64,000 bases of DNA from positions 17,204 through 81,203 of the forward strand of contig JAJFJT010000004.1 of NCBI GenBank assembly GCA_021773795.1. Direction: 5' to 3'. This document shows, piece by piece, positions 25,133-36,567 of this stretch. The translations under genes and the position numbers were made by a program. This stretch comes from Gammaproteobacteria bacterium (lineage in GTDB: Bacteria; Pseudomonadota; Gammaproteobacteria; HK1). Positions within the stretch are counted from its first letter, which is position 1; every line of letters starts with the position of its first letter. The notes below the pieces were generated by a model. The model searched no databases. It saw only the letters and a program-made list of their open reading frames with translations, and had not been told where the DNA came from.

Positions 25133-25896
25133 CCGCTGTTTCCAAGGCCGTTCCCGACCATCGGCTAGTGGAATTCCGTACGGCGGTGGCGGCAGACTTG
25201 ACCGTGCTTGCAATCCTGCACGAACGGGAAGCCGACAATGATCTGATCCAATCGCTAAAGACCACAGGCTTTCCGAAATCGCTGGGCCTCAAACTGATAT
25301 CAAGGCAAGGATGCGATGCCACACGGATGATGCAAAATGCCTTGACTGAATTGTCGGACCCATTGGCTCCAGATGATACCGACGAACTTGCGGCGGATTA
25401 CGCTGCCATCTATCTTCTCCATGCCCTTGCCGCCTCTCCTAACGAATCCTTTTGGGTGGATGAAGATCACCTTGAGCGGCAACTGTCCATGTTTCAGGTC
25501 CGTGCCTGCTACAAACGCCACGGACTGGCGGCGGCCGACTGGCGAAAGCGCTCCGACGATCACCTGACACTACAGCTTCAGTTTCTCACCCGTCTCATTG
25601 AACCGGAGAAACCGGGCGACGCCTGGAGCGAAATGGCACAGTTCATGGATGAACACCTGCTCCGCTGGCTGGAAAAATTTGCACTCAGAGTGGCAAACCG
25701 TTGCACAACCGAATTCTATGGCGGCGCTGTATTACTCACCAATGCTTACTGTGAGGAGCTGCGGGAGCTGCTAGCCCGGATCCTTGAAACTCCCCGTCCT
25801 TCCCGTGAAGAAATCGAGACGCGCATGAAAACCACCACGCCAGCACCGGTGGTCTCCGTAAAATTCATGCCCGGAGCTGATGGCCCGTCCTGGTAA
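25129..25896 (+). CDS. TorD/DmsD-family redox-enzyme maturation chaperone (255 aa)
   Basis: GTGA overlap with the FeS subunit gene. Position and helical, acidic sequence (…ELAADYAAIYLLH…) are typical of TorD-like REMPs. Confidence 0.6.
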   Translation: MTAVSKAVPDHRLVEFRTAVAADLTVLAILHEREADNDLIQSLKTTGFPKSLGLKLISRQGCDATRMMQNALTELSDPLAPDDTDELAADYAAIYLLHALAASPNESFWVDEDHLERQLSMFQVRACYKRHGLAAADWRKRSDDHLTLQLQFLTRLIEPEKPGDAWSEMAQFMDEHLLRWLEKFALRVANRCTTEFYGGAVLLTNAYCEELRELLARILETPRPSREEIETRMKTTTPAPVVSVKFMPGADGPSW

Positions 25897-26016
25897 ACAA
25901 AGCCTTGGAAAGGCAGGTCAGAGTTGAGAAAGGTCTGAATAATTTCATCCTGGAATTTTCCAGACCAGACCAAAGAAATGCGGGCTAGCCAGGTAGACTC
26001 AGCCACCAACCGCAGC

Positions 26017-26742
26017 CTAGCCTGCTGCGACCTCCCCCGCCATCAGGAATACCCTGCCATCAACCAGCACCTTGGCCGCCGCGCAAAGACTCTGCCGCGC
26101 TTTGTGAAACTCCCAAGCCAAACCTGGCAGCACGCCAATGTCCGCGGGGTGGTGCAGCAGACCTTTACAGACTGAACTTGGCCGCAACCCACCGTCTTCA
26201 TCAAGTGCCGAGGCGATCCACGGTGGCAAGGTTCGCGCCAAGGGATCCACCACTGCACGCACCACCAGAAAGGGTAGACCCGCATTAAAGGCAACGGCAG
26301 CAACCGCCGCACTTTCCATATCGGCCGCCACCGCGTTGCCAGTGCTCACGAGGGTTTGTTTGGCCAGCGGTGTGGCGAGTATCCCCGGGGTATGCGCCAT
26401 CGCGCCAACGGCAAAGTCCAGACCACTGGACGCCAGCATGTTGCTGACCCGCGTGTGCCATGCGGCATTTACGGGCAGTACGCTGTGTTCAGCGTAAACA
26501 TCCGTGGGAAGCAGCAGACTGCCGGCGGATAGATCCGGGGAAAGGCCCGCGGCAACCCCCCAACTCAGCAGCGCCTGAACGCCCTCTTCCAGCAATGCCT
26601 CCGCGCACTGCCGGGCAGCCTCAGCACCGGGACCCGAGACACCGATGCGGATATCGTGGCCGCCTGGAAGGCCGGATGCGATTACTTTATTCAGGCAATC
26701 CGCCTCGATGGCCAGAGCGCAAACAATGCCTGTAGTGGTCAA
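26017..26742 (-). CDS. hpnG: hopanoid-associated phosphorylase-family protein (PNP/UDP fold)
   Basis: Nucleoside-phosphorylase-like sequence (GIVCALAIEA…ADMESAAVA). 4-nt overlap with shc. Confidence 0.65.
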   Translation of the reverse strand: MTTTGIVCALAIEADCLNKVIASGLPGGHDIRIGVSGPGAEAARQCAEALLEEGVQALLSWGVAAGLSPDLSAGSLLLPTDVYAEHSVLPVNAAWHTRVSNMLASSGLDFAVGAMAHTPGILATPLAKQTLVSTGNAVAADMESAAVAAVAFNAGLPFLVVRAVVDPLARTLPPWIASALDEDGGLRPSSVCKGLLHHPADIGVLPGLAWEFHKARQSLCAAAKVLVDGRVFLMAGEVAAG

Positions 26743-28718
26743 CCCAAACGCCGGTAACGTGCCAGGGCCCAGAGTGGAAAGTAGCTGGAATAGCCGTGGT
26801 ATTTAAGATAGAAGACCCGCGGAAACCCGGGTGCGTTGAATTCGGTGTCATTCCACTGCCCACCGGGTTGCTGAGTGTGCTGAAGATAGTTGGCAGCAGC
26901 GGCAAGCGCCCCATCCTGCGGCTCACCCGCCGCCATCAGCGCCAGCATTGCCCAGGCCGTTTGCGCGGATGTGCTCGGCGCACCCCGGCCAGCTAGTGAG
27001 GCATCAGCGTAACTGTCGTTCGTCTCACCCCATCCGCCATCGACTTGCTGCACCGATTTCAGCCACGCTACGGCCCGCTCCACAAGGGTACGCTCCCCCT
27101 CTTCACCAGTCACTTCCAGGGCCAACAGGACGCACCAGGTTCCATAGATATAGTTACTACCCCAGCGCCCGTACCAGCACCCATCATCGGTCTGTTCCCG
27201 ACGCAGAAACTCGACACCACACCGGATCTGTGGGCGGTAACGCACCTCGTCCAATTCTGCGAGAAAGGTGACACAACGGGCAGTGACATCACTGGTGGGA
27301 GGATCCAGCAAAGCGCCGTGGTCGGCAAAGGGTATTTCGTTCAGGTATTCGTAGCAGTTATCCACATCGAAGGCACCCCAGCCGCCGTTGGAAGACTGCA
27401 TCCCGCAAATCCACTCCGCCGCACGCTCAATGGCACGGTGATAACGGCGAGGCTCTGCCCGTAACAAAGCCAGAGCCACGGCCGAGGTATCGTCCACATC
27501 CGGATAATAAGGATTGTCGAACTGGAAGGACCAACCGCCGCCGCGCAGGTGGGGGCGGTCAATCCGCCAGTCTCCTGGCTCATCGAGCAATTGCCGGTCC
27601 CGCAGCCAGTCCAAGCCGCGAAAAATGGCGGTCTGATCTGCGCTATCGCCACACTCGGTCAGTGCAAGGCTGGCGAGCGCCGTATCCCACACCGGAGAGA
27701 CGCAAGGCTGGCAATAGGCATCCTGCTCCCGCTCTATCAACAACCGTTGGAGAGCCATGCGGGTAGCTACCTGTTCGGGGGCATCCTGGGCATAACCCAG
27801 TACCGCCAACGCCTCATAACTATTTACGATGGCGGGAAAAATGGCGCCCAGGCCATCCGCACCGATAAGCCGTTGTGCTATCCAGCGCTCTGCCCTGCGG
27901 AGGGCAATGGGTCGTATCAGTCGGGCAACCCATGGCTCCACCTTGCGCGCTATTTCCTCCAGGTAGAGAAAGGCACTATTCAAACGGGTGCGCACGGGAA
28001 ACCAGTTGCTCTCCTCCTCGGGCGGCACGGTGAATAACTCGCTGATACCAAAACCGCGCGGATTGCGGGCACGGGCCTTGAGACTCACCAGGATAGAGAG
28101 CGGCACCGCCACCGTGCGCGACCAATAAGAAACCTTGTGGATGGTAACGGGGAACCAACGTGGCATGAAGATCAGCTCCACCGGCACGAAGGGCACGCCA
28201 TGCCAGGGAATCTGTTGAAACAGGGCGAGGGTAATGCGGGTAAATACATTAGCCCGGGCAGCGCCGCCAAGACCGAGAATTGCCTCTCGTGCTGCACGCA
28301 TGTGCGGTGCGTCCATATCGTCGCCCACCAATTTGAGCGCATAGTAAACCTTCACCGAGCAACTCACATCGGTTTTGCCACCGTAATACAGCGACCAGCC
28401 GCCCGTACTGTTTTGGCGAGCACGCAGGTAGCAAGCCAACTTGGCCTCCAGGCCGGCATCCAATTCATCCATAAAATGGAGCATGAGAATGTATTCGGCG
28501 GGGATGGTGCAGTCCGCCTCCAGCTCGTAGCTCCAGCATCCGTCCGTCCACTGGTCAGTCAACAGGGCCTGGCGGGCATGCTCAAGGCTATCTGACTCAC
28601 TGGCCGAACGAGATTTCGGAGACGCCTCCTCCGACGACACCAGAAAAAGTGCTGTCCTCCCTTCCGGCTGACGCTCGCCATATGGCTGTGGGCTGCGCGA
28701 AGAAACCCCCTCGGTCAT
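26739..28718 (-). CDS. shc: squalene-hopene cyclase (659 aa)
   Basis: DVDDTS (DxDD) catalytic motif and repeated QW motifs (GGWGE…, DGCWYGRWG). Confidence 0.9.
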   Translation of the reverse strand: MTEGVSSRSPQPYGERQPEGRTALFLVSSEEASPKSRSASESDSLEHARQALLTDQWTDGCWSYELEADCTIPAEYILMLHFMDELDAGLEAKLACYLRARQNSTGGWSLYYGGKTDVSCSVKVYYALKLVGDDMDAPHMRAAREAILGLGGAARANVFTRITLALFQQIPWHGVPFVPVELIFMPRWFPVTIHKVSYWSRTVAVPLSILVSLKARARNPRGFGISELFTVPPEEESNWFPVRTRLNSAFLYLEEIARKVEPWVARLIRPIALRRAERWIAQRLIGADGLGAIFPAIVNSYEALAVLGYAQDAPEQVATRMALQRLLIEREQDAYCQPCVSPVWDTALASLALTECGDSADQTAIFRGLDWLRDRQLLDEPGDWRIDRPHLRGGGWSFQFDNPYYPDVDDTSAVALALLRAEPRRYHRAIERAAEWICGMQSSNGGWGAFDVDNCYEYLNEIPFADHGALLDPPTSDVTARCVTFLAELDEVRYRPQIRCGVEFLRREQTDDGCWYGRWGSNYIYGTWCVLLALEVTGEEGERTLVERAVAWLKSVQQVDGGWGETNDSYADASLAGRGAPSTSAQTAWAMLALMAAGEPQDGALAAAANYLQHTQQPGGQWNDTEFNAPGFPRVFYLKYHGYSSYFPLWALARYRRLG

Positions 28719-28801
28719 CGCACGTGCTCCCCGTCATAAATCCAGTTGCTGAAATCCATATACGGCACCTCGATCACTTCAACTCAAATGTTTATTCCAC
28801 C

Positions 28802-29890
28802 CTATGGATCACCCTGAAGCAGATAAGCTGGCACGGGCGGCAACCCGTGGCTTAGTGCGACAAAAACCCATCGCAAACCGGTATCTCGTTGCACCAGTAA
28901 ATTACTGACTAACACCGTCGCCTTAACGCTACGCCGGCTGATCTTGACGTCCACACCCGTCGAAAAATCCAGTCGCCCGTGGATCTTGCGCAGGGTCAAT
29001 ACCGCCATGCCCAATGCCCATAAGCAGAACTTGCGGATTCCGGTTTCATCTGGCGGCAGCAGCAGGGTGTACTCCAGCGCCCTTTCCAGATGGTAACGCG
29101 CCACTCCGATTAGCTCCTGCATACCCTTGGCAAAGCCCTCGTGATGCTGCCCGGATTGCAGCTTCGAGAGATCAAATTCGTGACGTGCGAACAACTCCTG
29201 CGGCAACCAGCACACCCCACGCTCATGATCTTCCCACACGTCCTTGAGGATATTGGTCATCTGCAGACCCTGGCCGAAGGAAACAGACAAGGGCATGAGT
29301 TTTTCCCGTTGTCGGTTTATCTCGACCGAGCTGTCGCAAAAAAGTTCGGTGAGCATCTCTCCCACCACCCCGGCCACGTGATAACAATAGCGGTCCAGAT
29401 CGGAAAGCCGGGCAAGTCCCTCCATGCTGGCACTTTCCTGATAGTAGGCCATGCCCTCGGCCATGATGCGGATGCAGCGCTTCAGAGCGGCCTGCTGCAC
29501 ACTGTTGAAGGCATGGGTAATGCGCAGCACCGCATCGGTGTGGCGAACCAGGTCTCTTTCTTCATCCAGCGTCTGAGCGGAAAGCAGGGGATAAAGCTCA
29601 TGGGCAAACTCGGAAGCCGGGATCTCCCCCGCCACCACCGCAACGAATTGCTCTGAGAAGCGCTTTTTATCTGCCAGTTTCAGGGTGGCCTCATCCTCTA
29701 CCGTGTCGACGATGCGGCAAAGCAGATAGGCATTTCCCACCACCGCGCGCAGTTGTGGACCTAACTGGGGAATGGTCAGGGCAAAGGTGCGGGAAACGCC
29801 TTGCAGGATATGGTGCTGGTAACGTTCGTCTGCAGCGCGTTCGCCAGCCAGATCAGCCTCCCCAAGCGCTGCCACGTTCAATGCAGACAT
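28802..29890 (-). CDS. squalene synthase-type (Sqs-like) squalene/phytoene synthase family protein (362 aa)
   Basis: SRTFAL motif and Asp-rich CRIVDTVEDE and YCYHVAGVVG regions. Sits next to shc. Confidence 0.75.
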   Translation of the reverse strand: MSALNVAALGEADLAGERAADERYQHHILQGVSRTFALTIPQLGPQLRAVVGNAYLLCRIVDTVEDEATLKLADKKRFSEQFVAVVAGEIPASEFAHELYPLLSAQTLDEERDLVRHTDAVLRITHAFNSVQQAALKRCIRIMAEGMAYYQESASMEGLARLSDLDRYCYHVAGVVGEMLTELFCDSSVEINRQREKLMPLSVSFGQGLQMTNILKDVWEDHERGVCWLPQELFARHEFDLSKLQSGQHHEGFAKGMQELIGVARYHLERALEYTLLLPPDETGIRKFCLWALGMAVLTLRKIHGRLDFSTGVDVKISRRSVKATVLVSNLLVQRDTGLRWVFVALSHGLPPVPAYLLQGDP

Positions 29891-30229
29891 GGGAAAAGAC
29901 CGGACAGTAAAAAATAGCGGGAGGCCGGTCGGAAAAGCCAGTACTTAGCCTTGCCGTGCCGCCTTGATTCCGTCATGGATTGGATAAATGCCCTATTCAT
30001 ATTGGTCTTGTTCTGTGGTTTAACGGTACAATTCTCGCACGCAGTAACGAATACTGAAAGGCACGCCACAGCACCCGAATTTCCGAATACCACCAGCATT
30101 TCTCTTGGTATTTTACAGACCAGTGCATTATGCAGTGCGCTGCATGCTACGACCGACGACGGCGACCAGCGTTCCCGACCCAAGGGCGCGAGCGCTATCC
30201 CGCCAAACTGTTTTTATTAAGGAGCAAAC

Positions 30230-31483
<1,254 letters not shown>

Positions 31484-31504
31484 GACGCTAACATCAAGCT
31501 AAAA

Positions 31505-31538
31505 GGCCGGTACGGCAATGCCGTCCCGGCCTTTTTTT
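31505..31538 (+). terminator. rho-independent terminator after icd
   Basis: GGCCGGTACGGC-AAT-GCCGTCCCGGCC stem followed by TTTTTTT. Confidence 0.8.
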
Positions 31539-31614
31539 ATGCTTCCCGTCATTACCCGCGGAACCTGCCCCGTACCCGATACGGGGGCGGGTAATCCAGA
31601 TTCGGTAGGTCGGG

Positions 31615-32592
31615 TTAGGGCAGCAACACCGTTGAGCCGGTAGTCTTTCGGCCCTCCAGGGCGCGATGGGCATCCGCTGCATCTGCAAGCGTGAAACGCT
31701 GCTTCACTTCGATCTTTACCGCACCGCTTTCCACCACACCAAAGAGCGACTTCGCCGAGGCCACCAAATCCGCACGCTCGGCGTTGTAGGTCATCAGCGT
31801 CGGACGGGTCAGATAGAGGGAGCCCTTAGCACTCAGGATGCCGGGGTCAAATGAAGGCACCAAGCCTGATGACTGGCCGAAGCTGACCATCAGGCCACGG
31901 GTCTGGAGGCAATCCAGGGAGATATCGAAGGTGTCCTTGCCCACCCCGTCATAGACTACCCGCACCCCCTTGCCATCGGTGATTTCCTGCACCCGCTCCA
32001 CCACATTTTCCTCGTTATAGAGAATGGTGTGATCACAACCATGAGCGGCAGCGAGTACCGCCTTTTCTTCGCTGCCCACGGTGCCGATGACGGTGGCGCC
32101 AAGGTGCTTTGCCCACTGACAGGCAATGAGGCCCACACCACCCGCCGCGGCATGGAACAAAATCGTGTCCCCCGCTTGTACATCGTAAACCCGGCGCAGC
32201 AGATATTCGGCACTCATACCCTTAAGCATCATGCCCGCCAACCGATCGTCCGGGAGCCCGTCTGGCGCCTTTACCACGCGATCCGCGGGCATCAGGCGCG
32301 CCTCGGCGTAGGCACCCAGCGGCGGTGTAGCATAGGCCACGCGATCCCCCTCCTTCAACTCCGACACGCCGGCACCCACCGCCTCGACGATTCCCGCTGC
32401 CTCCATGCCTGGAATAAAGGGAACATCCGGCCCCCTGTAAACGCCAGTGCGGAAATACACATCGATGAAGTTGAGCCCGATGGCCGTGTGCCTGATGCGA
32501 ATCTCTCCCGCCCCCGGCTCCCCCACCGCCACATCCACCTGACGCAAGACCTCGGGGCCACCGAAATCCGATACCTGTATCGCCTTTGCCAT
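31615..32592 (-). CDS. qor: NADPH:quinone oxidoreductase (zeta-crystallin type, 325 aa)
   Basis: MDR family. AAAGGVG nucleotide motif. Typical N-terminus MAKAIQVSDFGGPEVL. Confidence 0.85.
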   Translation of the reverse strand: MAKAIQVSDFGGPEVLRQVDVAVGEPGAGEIRIRHTAIGLNFIDVYFRTGVYRGPDVPFIPGMEAAGIVEAVGAGVSELKEGDRVAYATPPLGAYAEARLMPADRVVKAPDGLPDDRLAGMMLKGMSAEYLLRRVYDVQAGDTILFHAAAGGVGLIACQWAKHLGATVIGTVGSEEKAVLAAAHGCDHTILYNEENVVERVQEITDGKGVRVVYDGVGKDTFDISLDCLQTRGLMVSFGQSSGLVPSFDPGILSAKGSLYLTRPTLMTYNAERADLVASAKSLFGVVESGAVKIEVKQRFTLADAADAHRALEGRKTTGSTVLLP

Positions 32593-32775
32593 GTTCTTGT
32601 CTCCTGATAGTGCAGATTTCTCAGTCTATCTGCCGAACTCTGGGTGCACCACCATCCGTGGCACGGATATATACTGGGGCGCAGCGAATAATCCAGGGAA
32701 TTGCTTACACTGCCCCGTTTACTGGATTCCGGCTTTCGCCGGCATGACGAAAGGTTAAGGTTTTAGAATCGGTCT

Positions 32776-35700
32776 ATGAGCAAACAATGGGAATTCTGGA
32801 TCGACCGGGGCGGCACCTTTACCGATATCGTGGCCCGCCCACCCCACGGCCCGTTGCTGACGCGCAAGCTGCTGTCGGAAGATCCCGAGCATTACACCGA
32901 TGCCGCCATCCACGGTATACGTGATCTCCTCGGGCTCGCCCCCCATGAACCCATGCCGGGAGCCCGTATCAAGGGCGTAAAGATGGGCACCACGGTGGCC
33001 ACCAACGCGCTGCTGGAGCGCAAGGGAGAACCCACTGCGCTGGCCATTACCCGCGGCCACCGGGACGCCTTGCGCATCGGCTATCAGCACCGCCCGCAGC
33101 TGTTTGCTCGTCATATCGTGCTGCCCGAACTGCTCTATAGCGAAGTCGTAGAGATTGATGAGCGCCTGGGTGCCCGTGGGGAATGCCTGAAATCCATTGA
33201 TATAGGTGCCGTAGGTGATGCCTTACAGGCCATTTTTGATAGCGGCATACGCTCGCTTGCGGTGGCCTTTTTGCACGCTTGGCGCTTTCCCCAACACGAA
33301 CAGGCAGTGGGGAAACTGGCCAGGGAAATCGGCTTTAGCCAGATCTCACTATCTCATCAGGTTAGCCCGCTGATGAAGCTGGTGAGCCGTGGTGAAACCA
33401 CCGGGGTGGATGCCTATCTAAGCCCGGTGCTTCGGCGTTATGTGGACCAGGTTGCGGCCGAACTAAACGGTGCCCGCCTGCTGTTCATGCAGTCCAACGG
33501 CGGCTTGGTGGATGCCCATCGCTTTCAGGGCAAAGACAGTATCCTCTCGGGCCCCGCCGGGGGCGTGGTAGGAGTGGTAAAAACCTGCGCCCTGGCCGGC
33601 TTCGATCACATCATCGGCTTTGATATGGGCGGCACCTCCACCGATGTCTGTCATTACGCTGGTGAATACGAGCGTGCCTTTGATACCGAGGTGGCCGGGG
33701 TACGTATGCGCGTGCCGATCATGCGCATCCATACCGTAGCCGCCGGGGGTGGTTCCATACTGCGTTTCGACGGTGGCCGCTATCGCGTCGGCCCGGCATC
33801 CGCCGGAGCCATTCCCGGGCCCGCCGCCTATCGCCGTGGTGGCCCACTCACGGTAACCGACTGCAATCTCTTGCTGGGGCGGCTCCAGGCCGATTTTTTT
33901 CCGACTATTTTTGGCCCTGACGGCACCCTGCCACTGGATCTCGACGCGGTCCGTAGCCGTTTTTCCAATTTGGCCACAGAGATTTTCACCGCCACTGGAG
34001 AACCCGGCACTGGCCACGCCGTAGCTGCTGGTTTCCTGCGTATTGCAGTCGCCAATATGGCCAATGCCATCAAGAAGATATCGGTGCAGCGGGGCTACGA
34101 TGTCACCGCCTACACCCTGTGCTGCTTTGGTGGTGCCGGTGGTCAGCACGCCTGCCTGGTGGCCGATGAGCTCGGGATGAAGCAAGTGCTGCTCCATCCC
34201 CAGGCAGGGGTGCTTTCGGCACTTGGCATGGGCCTCGCCGAGCTGCGTGGCTACCGTGAGGAAACGGTTGAAATCCTGCTTTCCACCGCCTCGCTATCCG
34301 CACTGGAGCCTCGATTTCTGGAACTGGAAGATGAACTTCGGCAGGAGATGCAGATGCAGGGCGTGGCGCCGGAAATGCTCCGACTTCAGCGCAAGCTGCA
34401 AGTCCGCTATACCGGTACAGACATCGCACTGGAAGTCGCGCATGCCACGCTGTCTGCCATAGAGACCGAGTTCAACCGGCTGCATCAGACCCGTTATGGC
34501 TTCGTCATGAGTGACCGGGAATTGCTCATCGAGACCCTGCTGCTGGAGGCCATTGCTGACGAGGCTTCAGAAAGTTTAGCGATGCCAAACAAGTCTTCCC
34601 GGACCTCAGCACCACTCGACCCAGTGACCGAAGTGCAGATGTACTCTGACGGGCGCCTGCGCCCCAGCCCGGTTTACCAGCGTGCCGCGCTGCCTCCAGG
34701 CCAGCAACTAAACGGTCCCGCTATCATTGCCGAGTCCACTGGCACCACGGTGGTTGAATCGGGCTGGCATGCCCGCGTATGCACCGGGGGTGAACTGCTG
34801 CTGGAGCGTAGTGAGCCCCTTCAGCGCACCCCGGCACTCGGCACCCGCGCAGATCCGATCTTGCTGGAGGTGTTCAACAACCTGTTCATGTCCATCGCCG
34901 AACAGATGGGTGCGGTGCTGGCCAACACCGCTTATTCGGTAAACATCAAGGAACGGCTGGATTTCTCCTGCGCCATTTTTAGCCGCGCAGGCCGGTTGGT
35001 AGCCAATGCACCGCACATGCCGGTGCATCTGGGCTCCATGAGCGAATCCATCCGCACGGTGCTGCAGCGCCGCAAGCAAATGTATCCGGGGGAAGTCTAC
35101 GTCCTCAACAACCCCTATGCCGGCGGTACCCACCTTCCCGACATTACCGTGATCACGCCGGTATTTTCTGCCCATGAAAAGGAATTGCTGTTTTTCGTTG
35201 CCTCCCGTGGCCACCATGCCGACATTGGCGGTATCACCCCCGGCTCCATGCCACCTTTAAGCCGCCATATTGACGAAGAAGGGGTGCTTATCGACGACCT
35301 GCTGCTGGTGAGAGACGGGAAATTCCTGGAACGAGAGATACGCGAGTTGCTCGCATCGGGACCTCATCCAGCGCGTAATCCAGACCAGAATATTGCCGAT
35401 CTGCGCGCCCAGATTGCCGCCAATGCCAAAGGAGTCCATGAACTAGAGGCCATGGTCGAACACTATGGCCGTGCTGTGGTAGAGGCCTACATGGGACATG
35501 TGCAGGACAATGCCGAAGAGGCGGTACGCCGGGTACTCAAAACGCTGAAAAACGGGCACTTTGTTTATGCTCTGGACGATGGTAGCCAGATCGCCGTCAC
35601 TATCACCGTAGACCCTGAAGCAAGGCGCGCAAGCATTGACTTCCGTGGCACCTCTTCCCAACACCGGGGTAATTTTAACGCCCCATCCGCTATCTGCCGT

Positions 35701-36384
35701 GCCGCGGTGCTGTACGTCTTCCGCACCCTGGTAGATGACGATATCCCCCTCAATGAGGGCTGTCTCAAGCCCCTTGATATCCATATTCCTGAAGGGTCCC
35801 TGCTCAATCCCAGCCATCCCGCAGCGGTGGTAGCTGGCAATGTCGAAACCTCCCAATACATTACCGACGCCCTCTACGGCGCCCTCGGCACCATGGCGGC
35901 TTCCCAAGGCACCATGAATAACCTGAGCTTTGGCAATGAACGCTATCAGTACTATGAAACCCTGTGCGGCGGCACCGGTGCTGGCCCCGGTTTCCCCGGC
36001 ACCGATGCCGTCCACAGCCACATGACCAACTCGCGCCTGACCGATCCCGAGGTACTGGAGTGGCGTTTTCCGGTACGCCTGGAGCGCTTCGAAATCCGTA
36101 AAGGCAGTGGGGGTGCGGGAAAATATACCGGGGGCAATGGTGTCATCCGGGAAATTCGTTTCCTGGAGCCTATGACCGCCGCCATCCTCTCCAGTCATCG
36201 TATTGATCCACCCTTTGGCATGGCACGAGGCGAACCGGGGGCTATCGGGCACAATCGGGTCATACGTGCCGATGGCACCGTTGAGGAGCTCGGAGGAATA
36301 GCAGAGTGTCAGATGAAGTCGGGGGATCGGCTGATTATCGAAACACCGGGAGGCGGCGGCTTCGGTAAACTTTCCCACACTTAA
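32776..36384 (+). CDS. fused hydantoinase A/B family protein, 5-oxoprolinase-like (1202 aa)
   Basis: N-terminal HyuA-type ([13 protein letters not shown]) and C-terminal HyuB-type domains in one ORF. Confidence 0.85.
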   Translation: MSKQWEFWIDRGGTFTDIVARPPHGPLLTRKLLSEDPEHYTDAAIHGIRDLLGLAPHEPMPGARIKGVKMGTTVATNALLERKGEPTALAITRGHRDALRIGYQHRPQLFARHIVLPELLYSEVVEIDERLGARGECLKSIDIGAVGDALQAIFDSGIRSLAVAFLHAWRFPQHEQAVGKLAREIGFSQISLSHQVSPLMKLVSRGETTGVDAYLSPVLRRYVDQVAAELNGARLLFMQSNGGLVDAHRFQGKDSILSGPAGGVVGVVKTCALAGFDHIIGFDMGGTSTDVCHYAGEYERAFDTEVAGVRMRVPIMRIHTVAAGGGSILRFDGGRYRVGPASAGAIPGPAAYRRGGPLTVTDCNLLLGRLQADFFPTIFGPDGTLPLDLDAVRSRFSNLATEIFTATGEPGTGHAVAAGFLRIAVANMANAIKKISVQRGYDVTAYTLCCFGGAGGQHACLVADELGMKQVLLHPQAGVLSALGMGLAELRGYREETVEILLSTASLSALEPRFLELEDELRQEMQMQGVAPEMLRLQRKLQVRYTGTDIALEVAHATLSAIETEFNRLHQTRYGFVMSDRELLIETLLLEAIADEASESLAMPNKSSRTSAPLDPVTEVQMYSDGRLRPSPVYQRAALPPGQQLNGPAIIAESTGTTVVESGWHARVCTGGELLLERSEPLQRTPALGTRADPILLEVFNNLFMSIAEQMGAVLANTAYSVNIKERLDFSCAIFSRAGRLVANAPHMPVHLGSMSESIRTVLQRRKQMYPGEVYVLNNPYAGGTHLPDITVITPVFSAHEKELLFFVASRGHHADIGGITPGSMPPLSRHIDEEGVLIDDLLLVRDGKFLEREIRELLASGPHPARNPDQNIADLRAQIAANAKGVHELEAMVEHYGRAVVEAYMGHVQDNAEEAVRRVLKTLKNGHFVYALDDGSQIAVTITVDPEARRASIDFRGTSSQHRGNFNAPSAICRAAVLYVFRTLVDDDIPLNEGCLKPLDIHIPEGSLLNPSHPAAVVAGNVETSQYITDALYGALGTMAASQGTMNNLSFGNERYQYYETLCGGTGAGPGFPGTDAVHSHMTNSRLTDPEVLEWRFPVRLERFEIRKGSGGAGKYTGGNGVIREIRFLEPMTAAILSSHRIDPPFGMARGEPGAIGHNRVIRADGTVEELGGIAECQMKSGDRLIIETPGGGGFGKLSHT

Positions 36385-36504
36385 TTGGCAGGCAACTACC
36401 CCGCCCTTCCGGCTCGGGCAAGCCCGAGTACAGCAACTGCAGATTTATAATACAAGGGTGGGCCGTGCCCACCGATTGCTTTTTCCAAGCCCCCATATGA
36501 AAAA

Positions 36505-36537
36505 AGCCCCACACGGTTTCCCGTGCGGGGCTTTTTC
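36505..36537. terminator. bidirectional terminator between the oxoprolinase gene and ppdK
   Basis: AAAAAAGCCCCACACGG-TTTC-CCGTGCGGGGCTTTTT. Confidence 0.75.
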
Positions 36538-36567
36538 TTAAAACAGACTACTTTTCTAAACTACGAC

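Noticed and set aside
22145-25213. Long minus-strand ORFs (404 aa at 22145-23359; 396 aa at 24023-25213) inside the reductase genes.
   Set aside because: They are antisense shadows typical of GC-rich coding DNA. Their translations are low-complexity and Arg/Gly/Pro-rich with no motifs, while the + strand frames carry clear family signatures.
32660-32700. A TGGCAC hexamer upstream of the oxoprolinase gene that might be a second sigma54 promoter.
   Set aside because: The -12 element is missing: five bases after TGGCAC comes TATAC, not TTGC.
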